Assembly: GCA_026003495.1 (NCBI GenBank)
Contig: BPHK01000001.1
Location: 940,579-1,004,578, forward strand
From: Candidatus Kapaibacterium sp.
GTDB lineage: Bacteria; Bacteroidota; Ignavibacteria; Kapaibacteriales; NICIL-2
Length of the DNA stretch: 64,000 nt
Direction of reading: 5' to 3'
Notes under the pieces: generated by a model
What the model was told of the DNA's origin: nothing
Seen by the model: the letters and a program-made list of their open reading frames with translations, nothing else
The model's database searches: none
Shown: piece by piece, positions 35,127 through 45,579 of the stretch
How the letters are laid out: each line of letters opens with the position of its first letter
How positions within the stretch are numbered: the stretch's first letter is position 1
Position numbers and translations under genes: made by a program

Positions 35127-38100
35127 CTATCGAACGATGAGCAACTGTCGTGTTATGCGAACAGGACCGCTTTCGTAGCGGACGAAATAGAGTCCGCTGC
35201 TCATGTCTGCAATCGGCACGTCGAGTTGATAGGTGCCTGCGGAAAGCTCACCATCGAGTACTGTCCGCACCGGATTACCGAGTGCATCGTAGAAGCGAAT
35301 GCTTGTGGGTGCATCGAAGCCAACACCGAATCGAATTGTGACCGCATCACTTGTCGCTGGGTGGGGGCTAACGTCCACGATTGAGAACGTTGTCGTGGAG
35401 ACTTTGACAAAGCGTCCGTCAATGAAGCAAGTCGTCGGCAGCAAACTATCGCCGAGCACAGTAGGAATTACGCACCGCCGCTCACTGTTGCCGGCACCAT
35501 ATGGGATGCATTCGGCGATCGCAGTTGTAGCGAAGCGCTGCTCAGCAAGATCGCTAATGAGCACAGTAAAGCGGAGCGTTGCAACGGCGCCGTTGGCAGC
35601 AATTGGCGTCTGCCCGCGACCTTGAATGAGAAGCTCCGCAGTACTCGTTGTGCCATCGAGTGATTCTTGCGCTGTTAGTTGCCAAGTTGCATCAAGCACT
35701 TCTCCGCGCGTGATGCTGTTGGGCACGTAGAGGAGCTGCTTTGCGTTGTAACGAACGCGAATGTCGAATCCGTACACTTGCGCTCCTCCCCAGTTGAGAG
35801 AACGGACTTGCACTTGAGCGCCTGCATCGTTTCCGCTTCGGAAGTTGAACAGTGGGGAATCGAATGTCGTCCGTACTTCGATTGGGATAACGTACCCTAC
35901 CCCGCGGAGCTCAGCGGTATCGGCATCGCCGCCACGATATTCGACGCGAATAAATGCGCTATAGCCACGTGGTTGGTCAGGGAGGAATCGTACCGCAATT
36001 GGGCGTGTTTGCCCAGCCGATACCACCAGCGGATTGGCAGGCGTTGGCGGAGATTCGAGTGCGAAGTACGCAGCATCGGGTCCGAGGATTGTTGCACCGA
36101 TGACTTCGACGTCAGACGCGGGAGTGCCGGCAGGTGCGGTATTGGTCACTGTGGCGGCACCGAGGGGTTGATCACACGTGGTAACCGAGCCAAAGTCGTA
36201 TCCTTCCAGCGTCGGTTGGTTGACGGTATAGCCATAGCCAATTAGCTCGACGATCGTCTCTGCTTGCCCGGTCGGCTCTGGGACGGGAGGCTCGGCGTTG
36301 TGGAGGATACGCACAAGCGCTTTCCGCTCTCCTGTCCCTGATGGGCGAAATTGAACTGCCAAGAGCGCAGGCGCAGCACCAATCGGAAGTGTGGCATCTT
36401 GGAGGGCATCGAGCAACTGGAAATCCTCCGGGTAGAGGTTCCGATTTGGATCGCGCGTCGGGAGCAGCTCAACGGCATAAACGCGGAGGTCTGCTGATTG
36501 GCTCGTATTCGTGATGGTAACAAATTGTTCGGTGTTGCCGGCTTGGCTTTGGGTCGTTGTCCCCACCAGGATTGGTGTGCGGAAGATCGCACCCGTTGCC
36601 TCGATTTTTTCGAGGTAACCAAATGCAGTCAGTGCATCCGACCGGGTACCGACGCCAGTGAAGTCACCCAGGAGGCGACTTGTCAGATCAAATTCCGCTT
36701 GGGGTGTGCAGGCGATCTGAACGCGAACGACGTCTTGACCGTTGGGGAAGAGTGTAAACGGTGGCTGACGATCGGCACCGACAATGCGGAAATTCTGCTC
36801 GTTGGCAGGAAGGTACACAGCGGTGCATTGCACTTGATCTTGACCGTCGTTGCGAACGAGGCCATTGAGCACTTTTGTGGTACCGAGCCGAACGCGTCCC
36901 CAGCTGTTTCCAATGACAATTGGCCCTGGAGAGATTGATTGGCCTTTCCACTCCGACCATGGCTTGTCGCCTCCAGAGCCGGGCGCATCGCTCATGAAAC
37001 GGACGGTAATGGAGAAGGTGCTATCGTTTGTCGGGGCAAAACACATTTCCTTGAGAAAGACTTCGCCGCCCGGCGGAATCGTTATCGGCAGTGGCGGATC
37101 GGTCGGGTCGGTGAGACTAAATGGTGGCTGAATCGTCGAGCGATCGATGTCGGTGATTGTCAGTGTATCGGTGCCAGGGTTGCGGATGCGTAGTCCACGA
37201 GCTAACTGCTGAGAATGGCAGCGGGATTGACCCGATGGGACAGTTCCTGCGTCCCAATCATCGACGATGATGTGTGGCTGGATGCCACGCCCGAGAACCT
37301 GTACAGCGAACGGCGCACATTGCTCGACGACCAAGAGGGAATCCTCATCGCGCTCATTGTCGCGAACATGCTCAGTTTGGGGCGTGTAGCGGAGGCGGAC
37401 TTGAATGCTTTGTCGCGGATACAGTGCTAAGCCACCCGGTGGAATTGTCGGCTCCACAATTGCGAATGCTGACCCCTTTTTCAGACGGAGGTCCGTGATG
37501 AGAAATGTTGAATCTGCATTGTTCGTAATGGTTGCAGTTATCTCCGTAGATCGTCCGACACGAACGTTCCCGGCATCAATAGGATTGGGGCGGATCGAAA
37601 CCTTCGGTGCAACCCAGAAGACGCTGTCATAGCTGAAGTTGAGTGCACGATCGCCGACGTAGAAGTACGCTTGTGCATCTTTGGTTTTATCTATGACCCG
37701 CAGGCGGAATTTGACGATGCTGTTTTTCTGATCTTGCGGAAGGATGTTATCCGTGATGAGATTGCCATCAGCCTCGAGTAATTCAATTGCGTAGTTGAAC
37801 GATGGCTTGCCCTCGACAAAGTCGATGGCATTGATTCCGGTTCCAATATGGTTGAGGGTGTCGTTGATTGGAAAATCTTGTCCTGTCTCACGTGCAGTGT
37901 AGATGTAGTCACCGCATTCTTGTTCGCGGCTTAGTGGCGGTGGAATGGTATCGAATTCATCGAGTCTGCGGTAGGCGGTGGCAGCAGGCCACCCGTAGGA
38001 ATCGAAGCTGCCCCAACCGTAGATGTAGCCACCAAACGGTGCGTTTCCTTCGATCAGGTGCGCACCGTTGTTGACGAAGAGACGGGCGTAGTGAAAGTTC

Positions 38101-39476
38101 GTGCCAGGGATGCGGTTGCCGAGAATGTCCGGAGCAAGGGTAGTTACAGGGACGCCGTCAACCTTGATCGAGCGAAGGTCTTTCTGCTCTGGATCGTTGA
38201 TATCAGCAGATACGATCAAGTTGAAACGGTGGCGACTATAAGCGGGATTCGATGGGGCTTGGAAAATAGTAGCCTTCGTGTACTGCTCGATGGGGACAAC
38301 GTAGATCATGAATGGGTCGAACATGTTATTGTTGTCCCATTCCGCGGAGGCGGAGTACTGCATCAGGAAAAATGGTTTGTTTGATTTCCAGACCGACATG
38401 CCGCGTACACCGGTCGCTTGGCCAGGGCCAGTGACGACGAGCCCTGCATCCGGGAGCGAGCGTACCTCGCCACGCTTGAGACCTGGCATGATGAATTCTT
38501 CGAGCTTCTGTTTGGTCCTGAAATCGTACGTCGTACACACGATGTTCGTCCCATCCTGGAGAGCGACGACACGGAAAAAGTCCCCATAACCGCCACGTTC
38601 ATACTCGATGCTGACGTACGATCGCCCCCACATCGACGTCGGCGGGATCATTTCGATCATATGGTCACGGCCATTGAAAATATCGAAGCTTGGTACCATC
38701 GTCCGTTGGTGATAGCTAATGAACCCAATTGGTTTGTTTGCTCGGACGATGCTACCGGAAAGATCGAATTCCCCTCGAGTTGTGCCGTCTCCTTGGACAA
38801 GGTAGCACTGGCCAGGCTGTAATGTCACTGTCCAGGTTGCGCCGTACCGGCGTCCCTTTTCCGTCCGTGCTGATGTTATTCCGTGATCCCCGATATTCGG
38901 TTTGCGAAGCTCAATACTGACACGTGTATCCCTGTAGGCTGCAACAATAGCAAAACCACCTTTCCAGTTTCGGAATTCGCGAAAGTCTGGCCAGCCGAGG
39001 TGGATGTACTCATTGCCCCACGATTGGACCGGAATTGCTAAGTAACCATCAGAACTCACCTGCTTTCCATTGTAAACGTAAACAGAAACTGGGTCATCTG
39101 CGACAATCCGTACTGCAAGATCGAGCGGAACTTCACTTTCCTCTGCCTCTGGCATCGGCACGTCACGCAACGTCAGCACTGTAACGCGCATAGCTTGCAC
39201 GTTGAAGACTTTCTGGAAGCCCAGGCCTGGGATTTCGTACCGAAATCGGGTATTCCGTGATGACGTTACGTAGATCTCCCGGGCTGTTACCGGTTGCTGA
39301 GGACTATCGTTGAGCGGAAAGCAGAAATAAAATTCTTTCCCTTGCGAGCCGTTCGTCAAGAGCTCAGCGGCGGTGGGAATGCGTCCCGTACCCCGGGGTG
39401 CACGAAGCTCCTGAGCACTCGCAGCACTGTAGAGCAGGAGTGTCGCAATGGCCCAATGAGCAGCATTTCGAATCAT
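35127..39476 (-). CDS. very large secreted cell-surface protein with C-terminal T9SS sorting domain (function unknown)
   Basis: 1449 aa; signal peptide MIRNAAHWAIATLLLYSAASAQE; no catalytic motif recognised; the C-terminal about 85 aa (FSIVDVSPHPATSDAVTIRFGVGFDAPTSIRFYDALGNPVRTVLDGELSAGTYQLDVPIADMSSGLYFVRYESGPVRITRQLLIVR) resemble a Por/T9SS CTD. Confidence 0.75.
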   Translation of the reverse strand: MIRNAAHWAIATLLLYSAASAQELRAPRGTGRIPTAAELLTNGSQGKEFYFCFPLNDSPQQPVTAREIYVTSSRNTRFRYEIPGLGFQKVFNVQAMRVTVLTLRDVPMPEAEESEVPLDLAVRIVADDPVSVYVYNGKQVSSDGYLAIPVQSWGNEYIHLGWPDFREFRNWKGGFAIVAAYRDTRVSIELRKPNIGDHGITSARTEKGRRYGATWTVTLQPGQCYLVQGDGTTRGEFDLSGSIVRANKPIGFISYHQRTMVPSFDIFNGRDHMIEMIPPTSMWGRSYVSIEYERGGYGDFFRVVALQDGTNIVCTTYDFRTKQKLEEFIMPGLKRGEVRSLPDAGLVVTGPGQATGVRGMSVWKSNKPFFLMQYSASAEWDNNNMFDPFMIYVVPIEQYTKATIFQAPSNPAYSRHRFNLIVSADINDPEQKDLRSIKVDGVPVTTLAPDILGNRIPGTNFHYARLFVNNGAHLIEGNAPFGGYIYGWGSFDSYGWPAATAYRRLDEFDTIPPPLSREQECGDYIYTARETGQDFPINDTLNHIGTGINAIDFVEGKPSFNYAIELLEADGNLITDNILPQDQKNSIVKFRLRVIDKTKDAQAYFYVGDRALNFSYDSVFWVAPKVSIRPNPIDAGNVRVGRSTEITATITNNADSTFLITDLRLKKGSAFAIVEPTIPPGGLALYPRQSIQVRLRYTPQTEHVRDNERDEDSLLVVEQCAPFAVQVLGRGIQPHIIVDDWDAGTVPSGQSRCHSQQLARGLRIRNPGTDTLTITDIDRSTIQPPFSLTDPTDPPLPITIPPGGEVFLKEMCFAPTNDSTFSITVRFMSDAPGSGGDKPWSEWKGQSISPGPIVIGNSWGRVRLGTTKVLNGLVRNDGQDQVQCTAVYLPANEQNFRIVGADRQPPFTLFPNGQDVVRVQIACTPQAEFDLTSRLLGDFTGVGTRSDALTAFGYLEKIEATGAIFRTPILVGTTTQSQAGNTEQFVTITNTSQSADLRVYAVELLPTRDPNRNLYPEDFQLLDALQDATLPIGAAPALLAVQFRPSGTGERKALVRILHNAEPPVPEPTGQAETIVELIGYGYTVNQPTLEGYDFGSVTTCDQPLGAATVTNTAPAGTPASDVEVIGATILGPDAAYFALESPPTPANPLVVSAGQTRPIAVRFLPDQPRGYSAFIRVEYRGGDADTAELRGVGYVIPIEVRTTFDSPLFNFRSGNDAGAQVQVRSLNWGGAQVYGFDIRVRYNAKQLLYVPNSITRGEVLDATWQLTAQESLDGTTSTAELLIQGRGQTPIAANGAVATLRFTVLISDLAEQRFATTAIAECIPYGAGNSERRCVIPTVLGDSLLPTTCFIDGRFVKVSTTTFSIVDVSPHPATSDAVTIRFGVGFDAPTSIRFYDALGNPVRTVLDGELSAGTYQLDVPIADMSSGLYFVRYESGPVRITRQLLIVR

Positions 39477-39651
39477 CGGTCCTCCTCGAAACTGTTGAAT
39501 GCTTCATGGTTCCAAGCCAAAAATACTCAGCTCACACGTAAGAACCAAATGCTTACTCTAGAGCCGTTCGGTACACCGCACAATGCAGCAATTGCAGAGC
39601 AGATCAGTAGCGTTCTACTCTGCCCCGGTGTAGCAGCACTCTATTTTTGCA

Positions 39652-40593
39652 GTGTTGGATGTTGCTTCCACAACCGCAGCTGCAATGAGTGCAGAATTTC
39701 CCATTGTGTTTGAACCTGTGACGTTCGACAACCGCCGCCGTCCAGCGGAGGAATTCGCCAAAATTGCGCAGATGATTCGCCGTGACATTATCAAGTCGCT
39801 CGTTCTGGCAGGGTCGGGGCATAGTGGTGGTCCACTCGGGAGCACTGACATCTTCGCAGTGCTCTACTTCGGTGGATACATGCGCTATAACCCGCAGAAT
39901 TGGTGGACACCGCGGGACCGCTTCGTCTTGAGCGCTGGGCACATGTGTCCTGTCCTCTACGCAACACTTGCGAACACTGGCGCATTCCCCAAAGAAGAGC
40001 TTCGCACACTCCGAAAGTACAACTCCCGACTCCAAGGGCATCCTGGACGCGATATGGGCTTACCCGGCATCGAGACGTCGACTGGTTCACTCGGACAAGG
40101 CATCTCGATCGCTGTCGGTATGGCGATGGCTGATAAGCTCCTCGATCAAAACGGCTATCGCGTCTTTACGCTCACTGGCGATGGGGAACTCCAGGAAGGA
40201 AGTGTCTGGGAAGCAGCAATGGCTGCAGCGAACTACAAGCTCGACAACTTCTGCTGGATCATTGACAACAACGATTGCCAGATCGACGGCCGTGTCCATG
40301 AGGTGATGAGTATCTATCCGCTTGAGGAGAAGTGCCGTGCATTTGGGTTCGATGTCCTCACCGTCAACGGTCACGACTACGGAGAACTCTGCGCAGCCTT
40401 TGACCACTTCATCGCCAACAGTGAGAAAGGATCGGGCAAACCCACAGCAATCATCGCGAAAACCCTCATGGGCAAAGGCGTCTCCTTCATGGAGGACCGC
40501 TACGAATGGCACGGCAAGCCTCCCACGTGGGAACAGGCGCGCATTGCTCTCCGCGAATTAGGTGAAGATGTCCCAGAACCTGTTGCAGCATGA
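39652..40593 (+). CDS. transketolase, N-terminal (TPP-binding) subunit of a split transketolase
   Basis: GSGHSGGPLGSTDIFAVLYF...GHPG...GSLGQGISIAVGMA...LTGDGELQEG; the start may be the internal MSAEF (39685). Confidence 0.85.
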   Translation: MLDVASTTAAAMSAEFPIVFEPVTFDNRRRPAEEFAKIAQMIRRDIIKSLVLAGSGHSGGPLGSTDIFAVLYFGGYMRYNPQNWWTPRDRFVLSAGHMCPVLYATLANTGAFPKEELRTLRKYNSRLQGHPGRDMGLPGIETSTGSLGQGISIAVGMAMADKLLDQNGYRVFTLTGDGELQEGSVWEAAMAAANYKLDNFCWIIDNNDCQIDGRVHEVMSIYPLEEKCRAFGFDVLTVNGHDYGELCAAFDHFIANSEKGSGKPTAIIAKTLMGKGVSFMEDRYEWHGKPPTWEQARIALRELGEDVPEPVAA

Positions 40594-40615
40594 TTCACCA
40601 CCACCAATTGTGACA

Positions 40616-41659
40616 ATGAGCAAACCCTCTCAACTCCGCGGTATGAAACCTACCCGTCAAGGCTTCGGCGAAGGACTCGTCGTACTTGGTGAACGCTACG
40701 ACAACGTCGTCGTCCTCGGGGGTGATATCACTGGCTCGGTGATGACGTCACTGTTCAAGGAGCGATTCCCCGACCGCTTCTTCTCGATCGGTGTCGCCGA
40801 ACAGAATGCAACGACGATCGCTGCTGGTCTTGCCCTCAGCGGGAAGATTCCGTTCTTTGCGTCGTATGGTGCCTTCTGTGCGCTGCGCAACGCCGATCAA
40901 CTTCGCATCAGTGTTTGCTATAACGAGGTCAACGTAAAAATCGGAGGCGGGCACGCGGGCATCAGCGTCGGCCCAGATGGTGCTACTCACCAAGTGCTCG
41001 AAGAGATTGCCTACCTGCGCACGCTTCCGCACATGACGCTGCTTGTACCGTGCGACTACCTCGAGACAAAAAAAGCAACGATCGCGATGGGAGAGATGGT
41101 CGGGCCTGCATACATCCGCTTCGGACGGGCAGCAGTGCCGTTTTTCACAGCCGATGATACGCCCTTCGAAATCGGAAAAGCGCAAGTCTTTCGTGAAGGG
41201 AGCGACGTTGCACTCATCGCGTGTGGGGCAATGGTATGGGAGGCGCTATTGGCAGCCGAGCAACTTGCCAAACGTGGTATCCAGGCGAAAGTGATCAACG
41301 TTTCGACGATCAAGCCATTCGACGTCCAAACCGTTGTAGATGCAGCGCGCCAGTGCGGTGCAATTGTGACGGCGGAAGAACATCAGGTCCACGCAGGCTT
41401 GGGTGGAGCTGTGGCAGAGGTCGTTGCGAAGAATTTCCCCGTGCCGATCGAGTTCGTTGGAGTAAAAGATAGCTTTGGTGGCAGCGGCGAACCTGAAGAG
41501 CTCATGGAAAAGTTCGGTTTGACGTGGAAGGAAATCTACGCCGCAGCGCTCGTTGCAATGGAGCGTCGCGATCGCGGCCTCATTGGGTACCGCGCTGTCA
41601 AAGATGTCCCACACTATCACCCAGAGTTGCTCGAAGCCGATGGACAGCCCGCTCGGTAA
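40616..41659 (+). CDS. transketolase, C-terminal (pyrimidine-binding) subunit
   Basis: ORF 40562 trimmed to MSKPSQ after the upstream stop; FFSIGVAEQNATTIAAGLALSGKIPF...; C-terminal transketolase_C domain. Confidence 0.85.
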   Translation: MSKPSQLRGMKPTRQGFGEGLVVLGERYDNVVVLGGDITGSVMTSLFKERFPDRFFSIGVAEQNATTIAAGLALSGKIPFFASYGAFCALRNADQLRISVCYNEVNVKIGGGHAGISVGPDGATHQVLEEIAYLRTLPHMTLLVPCDYLETKKATIAMGEMVGPAYIRFGRAAVPFFTADDTPFEIGKAQVFREGSDVALIACGAMVWEALLAAEQLAKRGIQAKVINVSTIKPFDVQTVVDAARQCGAIVTAEEHQVHAGLGGAVAEVVAKNFPVPIEFVGVKDSFGGSGEPEELMEKFGLTWKEIYAAALVAMERRDRGLIGYRAVKDVPHYHPELLEADGQPAR

Positions 41660-43067
41660 GCTCTGCATCGCCTTTCTGGCTGTTGCGAATATTCTTCTCC
41701 GGGCGCAGACGCTCGTACTCTCGCTCGATTCCGCCGAACGGACATCTGCCACGCTCTATAGCAACGCAGCGATCCTGCGGCACCACTGGACGGTGCAAAT
41801 TCCCCCGGGTAGCTCGATGGTCCGTATTGAACAACTGCCCGAGATGGTTGCGCCGCTATCGCTTGGGCTACACTGGCAAGAGCCAGCAGTGAGAACGCTC
41901 ACGATGCGCTTGGTGCCGCCAGTGGAGAATGCTCCTGAACTGCTCCGCACATACGTTGGACGAGCAGTTTCGCTCCGCCGCCGTGATGGCATCGTTGAGG
42001 GTGAGCTTGTTCTCCCGCCGACGTCGCTCGTTGGAGGCGTCGAGCCTTGCTACGTCGGAGCTGTCCTCCGAACGCGAAGTGGCGAACTCTTAGTATCTCC
42101 GTGCGGCGAGCTTGTGCTCCCACCATCCGATGTGGCTATAGCGCGAACACCAGTGCTATCTGCTGAGGTATCGGTGCAGAACGCAGTGAAATCAGCGCTG
42201 GAGCTTCGCTATCAATGCGATGGCATCCAATGGCAAGCCAGCTACGACGCGACATTGCTCGACGATGACAAACTCCGACTGGAAGGTGTTGTCCACATCC
42301 TCAACAACACGCACACGTCGTTCCGGTGCAGCGAACTACGGCTTATTGCTGGCTCGGTCAACTTCCGTACTCCGAAAAGTACAGTCTTCGCTGATGTTGC
42401 TACCTCTGCGATGCGCACAGTAGAGGCTCAAGCGAGCCTTGCTCCGCTGGAGGAGAGCTTCGACGAGTACCACCTGTACACCTTGCCGTTTGGTGCCACA
42501 CTGGCAGCAAATTCGACGACGGTGCTGCTCCTGCGCCCCCGCGTCACACTGCCGGTCAAGCGACGGTTGATTGCGCGTGGTCGTTTCTACGGGCACACGA
42601 GTGCGGCTGATGATGGGAGTGTAGAGGTTCCTGTGTCCTCAATCGTTGAGTTCGTCAATGCGCCGCCTGATTCTCAACCGCTTCCAGCTGGACTACTCCG
42701 CGTGTGGAGGCAGTCGGCAGGTGGCTCGCTCGAGCTTGTTGGCCAGGATGAGATTTCGCATACGGCGCTTGGTGAACGTGTTGCTGTCGAAGTTGGTCGC
42801 GCCTTCGACGTTCGCGTTCGGCGACGTGATGTCGAAAGCCGTCGTCTCTCGGAGCGAGTAACCGAATACACTGTCGAGTATTCGCTCCAGAGTAGTCGCT
42901 CTCAGCGGACCGAACTGAGCGTTCTCGAGACGTTTGCGGGGAACTGGGAGATCATCTCCAGCACGATTCCTTACTCGAAGCGCTCGGCCCAGCAGGCGGA
43001 GTTTACGGCGACTCTCCCTCCGAAAGGCACTGCAACGTTCCGCTACACTGTGCGCCAATCGTGGTAG
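41640..43067 (+). CDS. DUF4139-family secreted protein (MuiA-like), hypothetical
   Basis: ORF 41553 trimmed to MDSPLGKLCIAFLAVANILLRAQ (signal-peptide-like); about 475 aa rich in beta-strand sequence with no catalytic motif. Confidence 0.5.
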   Translation: MDSPLGKLCIAFLAVANILLRAQTLVLSLDSAERTSATLYSNAAILRHHWTVQIPPGSSMVRIEQLPEMVAPLSLGLHWQEPAVRTLTMRLVPPVENAPELLRTYVGRAVSLRRRDGIVEGELVLPPTSLVGGVEPCYVGAVLRTRSGELLVSPCGELVLPPSDVAIARTPVLSAEVSVQNAVKSALELRYQCDGIQWQASYDATLLDDDKLRLEGVVHILNNTHTSFRCSELRLIAGSVNFRTPKSTVFADVATSAMRTVEAQASLAPLEESFDEYHLYTLPFGATLAANSTTVLLLRPRVTLPVKRRLIARGRFYGHTSAADDGSVEVPVSSIVEFVNAPPDSQPLPAGLLRVWRQSAGGSLELVGQDEISHTALGERVAVEVGRAFDVRVRRRDVESRRLSERVTEYTVEYSLQSSRSQRTELSVLETFAGNWEIISSTIPYSKRSAQQAEFTATLPPKGTATFRYTVRQSW

Positions 43068-43070
43068 GCG

Positions 43071-44132
43071 ATGGAGTACTGCATCCTGGCAATCGAAACC
43101 TCGTGCGATGAAACTGCTGCAGCAGTGATTGCAGAGCGGAAAGTGCTCAGCAATGTGATTGCCTCGCAGCAGGAGCACCATTGCTGGGGAGGAATCGTTC
43201 CCGAGATCGCCTCGCGCGCGCATCTGGAGCGTATTTGGTTCATCGCCGAACAGGCACTTGAGGATGCTGGAATAGAGCTTGACCAACTCGATGCGGTTGC
43301 GTGTACGGTGCAGCCTGGATTGGCTGGCTCACTCTTCGTTGGAGCGAACTTCGCCAAAGGACTTGCTCTCGGGCTGCGGCGAGCTTGCGTTCCAGTGCAT
43401 CACCTCGAAGGGCATATTCTCTCGGGATTTCTCGCTGATCCGGCATTAGAGCTTCCGGCAGTCGTTCTCGTTGCCAGCGGAGGCCACACACTGCTGGTGC
43501 TATTGGAGAGTGTGGCGCAGTACCGGCTGCTCGGCTCAACGCGGGATGATGCTGCCGGAGAAGCATTCGATAAAATCGCGACACTCCTGGGTCTGGGCTA
43601 TCCTGGCGGCCCGGCGCTCGAACAGTTGGCTCAGAGTGGGACACCGGATATACCGTTGCCGCGGCCGCTGCTTTCGGACCCACGGTTTGAATTTAGTTTC
43701 AGCGGACTCAAAACAGCGGTGCGGCGTTACCTTGCTGAGCATCCGCCCCAGAGCGATGCTGATCGTGCGCGTATTGCCGCTTCTGCCCAAGCAGCAATCG
43801 TCGAGGTACTCGTTGCGAAAACACTGCGCGCTGCTGATGCGTTCGGTGCGCGGAGCATCGTTCTTGCTGGTGGAGTTGCTGCCAATCAAATGCTCCAACA
43901 CTCGATGCGCACCAGGGCATTGCGACGATCAGTGCGAGTGATTGTCCCAGAGCGCCAGTACGTTCTCGACAACGCTGCGATGATCGGACTGGTTGCGCAC
44001 ATCAAGCTTGAGCTGCGTGGGACCGATGCATATCGGACACTTACCTTCTCGATCGATCCAACGCCGTGGCGCATGCATCGCCACGGTAGCAACAAGCATG
44101 CACGCTACGAGGATGCGACGTTCTCTTTGTAG
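43071..44132 (+). CDS. tsaD: tRNA N6-adenosine threonylcarbamoyltransferase
   Basis: MEYCILAIETSCDETAAAVI...; Kae1/TsaD family, 353 aa. Confidence 0.9.
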   Translation: MEYCILAIETSCDETAAAVIAERKVLSNVIASQQEHHCWGGIVPEIASRAHLERIWFIAEQALEDAGIELDQLDAVACTVQPGLAGSLFVGANFAKGLALGLRRACVPVHHLEGHILSGFLADPALELPAVVLVASGGHTLLVLLESVAQYRLLGSTRDDAAGEAFDKIATLLGLGYPGGPALEQLAQSGTPDIPLPRPLLSDPRFEFSFSGLKTAVRRYLAEHPPQSDADRARIAASAQAAIVEVLVAKTLRAADAFGARSIVLAGGVAANQMLQHSMRTRALRRSVRVIVPERQYVLDNAAMIGLVAHIKLELRGTDAYRTLTFSIDPTPWRMHRHGSNKHARYEDATFSL

Positions 44133-45443
44133 AACTCCGGCAGCCCCCGCTCGTCAAGGCGAACGACGATGCGGTCGCCGCTGGTGAAGTCACCGGCCAG
44201 GATTCGGAGCGAGAGTGGATCGGTGATGTGCCGCTGGATCGCTCGCTTGAGCGGCCGCGCACCGAATTGTGGATCGAAGCCAATGGTGCCAAGCCAATCG
44301 GCAACCTCGTCGGTAAGCTCAAGGTGAATGCCGTTTGCTTCTAATCGCTGCTGAAGTGAGCGGATTTGCAGGAGCACGATCTGGCGAATTTCACTCCGCA
44401 CGAGCGGCTTGAAGACGATGATCTCGTCAATGCGGTTGAGAAACTCTGGTCGGAAACGTTGGCGCAAAATCTCCGCAATGCGCACCCGCGCCTCGCGCAT
44501 GATCTCCTCGCGGTTTTCTTCGGTGACTTCGTGGAGCCGATCGAGCAGCACTTCCGTCCCAAGGTTCGAGGTCATGATGATGATCGTGTTGCGGAAGTTG
44601 ACAGTCCGCCCCTTGTTGTCGGTCAAGCCGTCCGTCATCGAGAACTTGGAGAAGGACGTTGAAGACATCGTTGTGCGCTTTTTCGATTTCGTCGAAGAGC
44701 ACAACAGAGTACGGACGGCGGCGAACAGCTTCGGTGAGCTGGCCGCCTTCTTCATAACCGACGTAGCCCGGCGGAGCACCGATAAGACGCGAGACCGAGT
44801 GCTTTTCCATGTACTCGCTCATGTCTATCCGCACGATCGCGTTTTCGTCGTCGAAGAGAAATTCCGCCAGTGCCTTGGCCATTTCTGTTTTTCCGACGCC
44901 GGTGGTGCCGAGGAAGATGAATGAGCCGATCGGGCGGTTGGGGTCTGCTAAGCCAGCGCGTGCGCGACGAATCGCATTAGCGATCGTCGTGATTGCTTCT
45001 TCCTGATCCACGATGCGTTGGTGGAGGCGTTCCTCCATCTTGAGCAGTTTGGTGCGCTCGGACTCCAGCATGCGTTGAACGGGAATGCCTGTCCATTTTG
45101 CGACGATTTCTGCGATGTCTTCGGCGGTCACTTCCTCTTTGAGGAGGGCACCACTGGCTTGCAGCTCTGCTAAGCGCTCGTTGAGTTGGTCGAGTTCTTT
45201 TTGAAGCTCGAGCAAGACGCCATAGCGCAGCTCAGCGACGCGACCGTAATCGCCGATCCGCTCAGCATCGGCAGCTTCGAGCTTGGTTTGCTCGATTTGC
45301 TCCTTGATGTCGCGAATGCGGCTGATGAGCTGCTTTTCCTGTTCCCAGCGAGCTTTGAGCGCCGCATGCTTTTCCCGAAGACTTGCCAATTCCCGCTCGA
45401 TTTCCTCCAGTCGGCGGCGCGTAGCCTGGAGCGTGTCGTTCAT
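44105..45443 (-). pseudogene. clpB: clpB remnant: C-terminal half only (M-domain fragment + AAA+ D2), interrupted by a +1 frameshift near 44625
   Basis: ORF 44427..45443 reads ...[21 protein letters not shown]...[99 protein letters not shown], then runs out of frame. ORF 44105..44779 continues in another frame with [22 protein letters not shown]...ARPLKRAIQ. An in-frame stop lies 8 codons upstream of the first Met, and the D1 / N-domain sequence is absent (plsY occupies the upstream space). Confidence 0.7.
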
Positions 45444-45579
45444 GTGCAGGAAGGGAGTTGTTTGAAACTACTGTGGCGATTAGATGACGAGCGATTGCAC
45501 TCGTTTATGCCATTGTGCGTCGTCGTGCTGGTAATTTTGCACTGTGAATGTTGAACATCGCTCCATGAATGCCGCCACG

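Noticed and set aside
21890-43100. tsaB and tsaD both present as evidence of a t6A operon
   Set aside because: They are 20 kb apart on opposite strands with unrelated neighbours, so this is just two housekeeping genes and not a system.
44427-44640. C-terminal His-rich tail ([22 protein letters not shown]...) of ORF 44427..45443
   Set aside because: It is an out-of-frame read-through of clpB D2 after the +1 insertion; the real continuation is in ORF 44105..44779.
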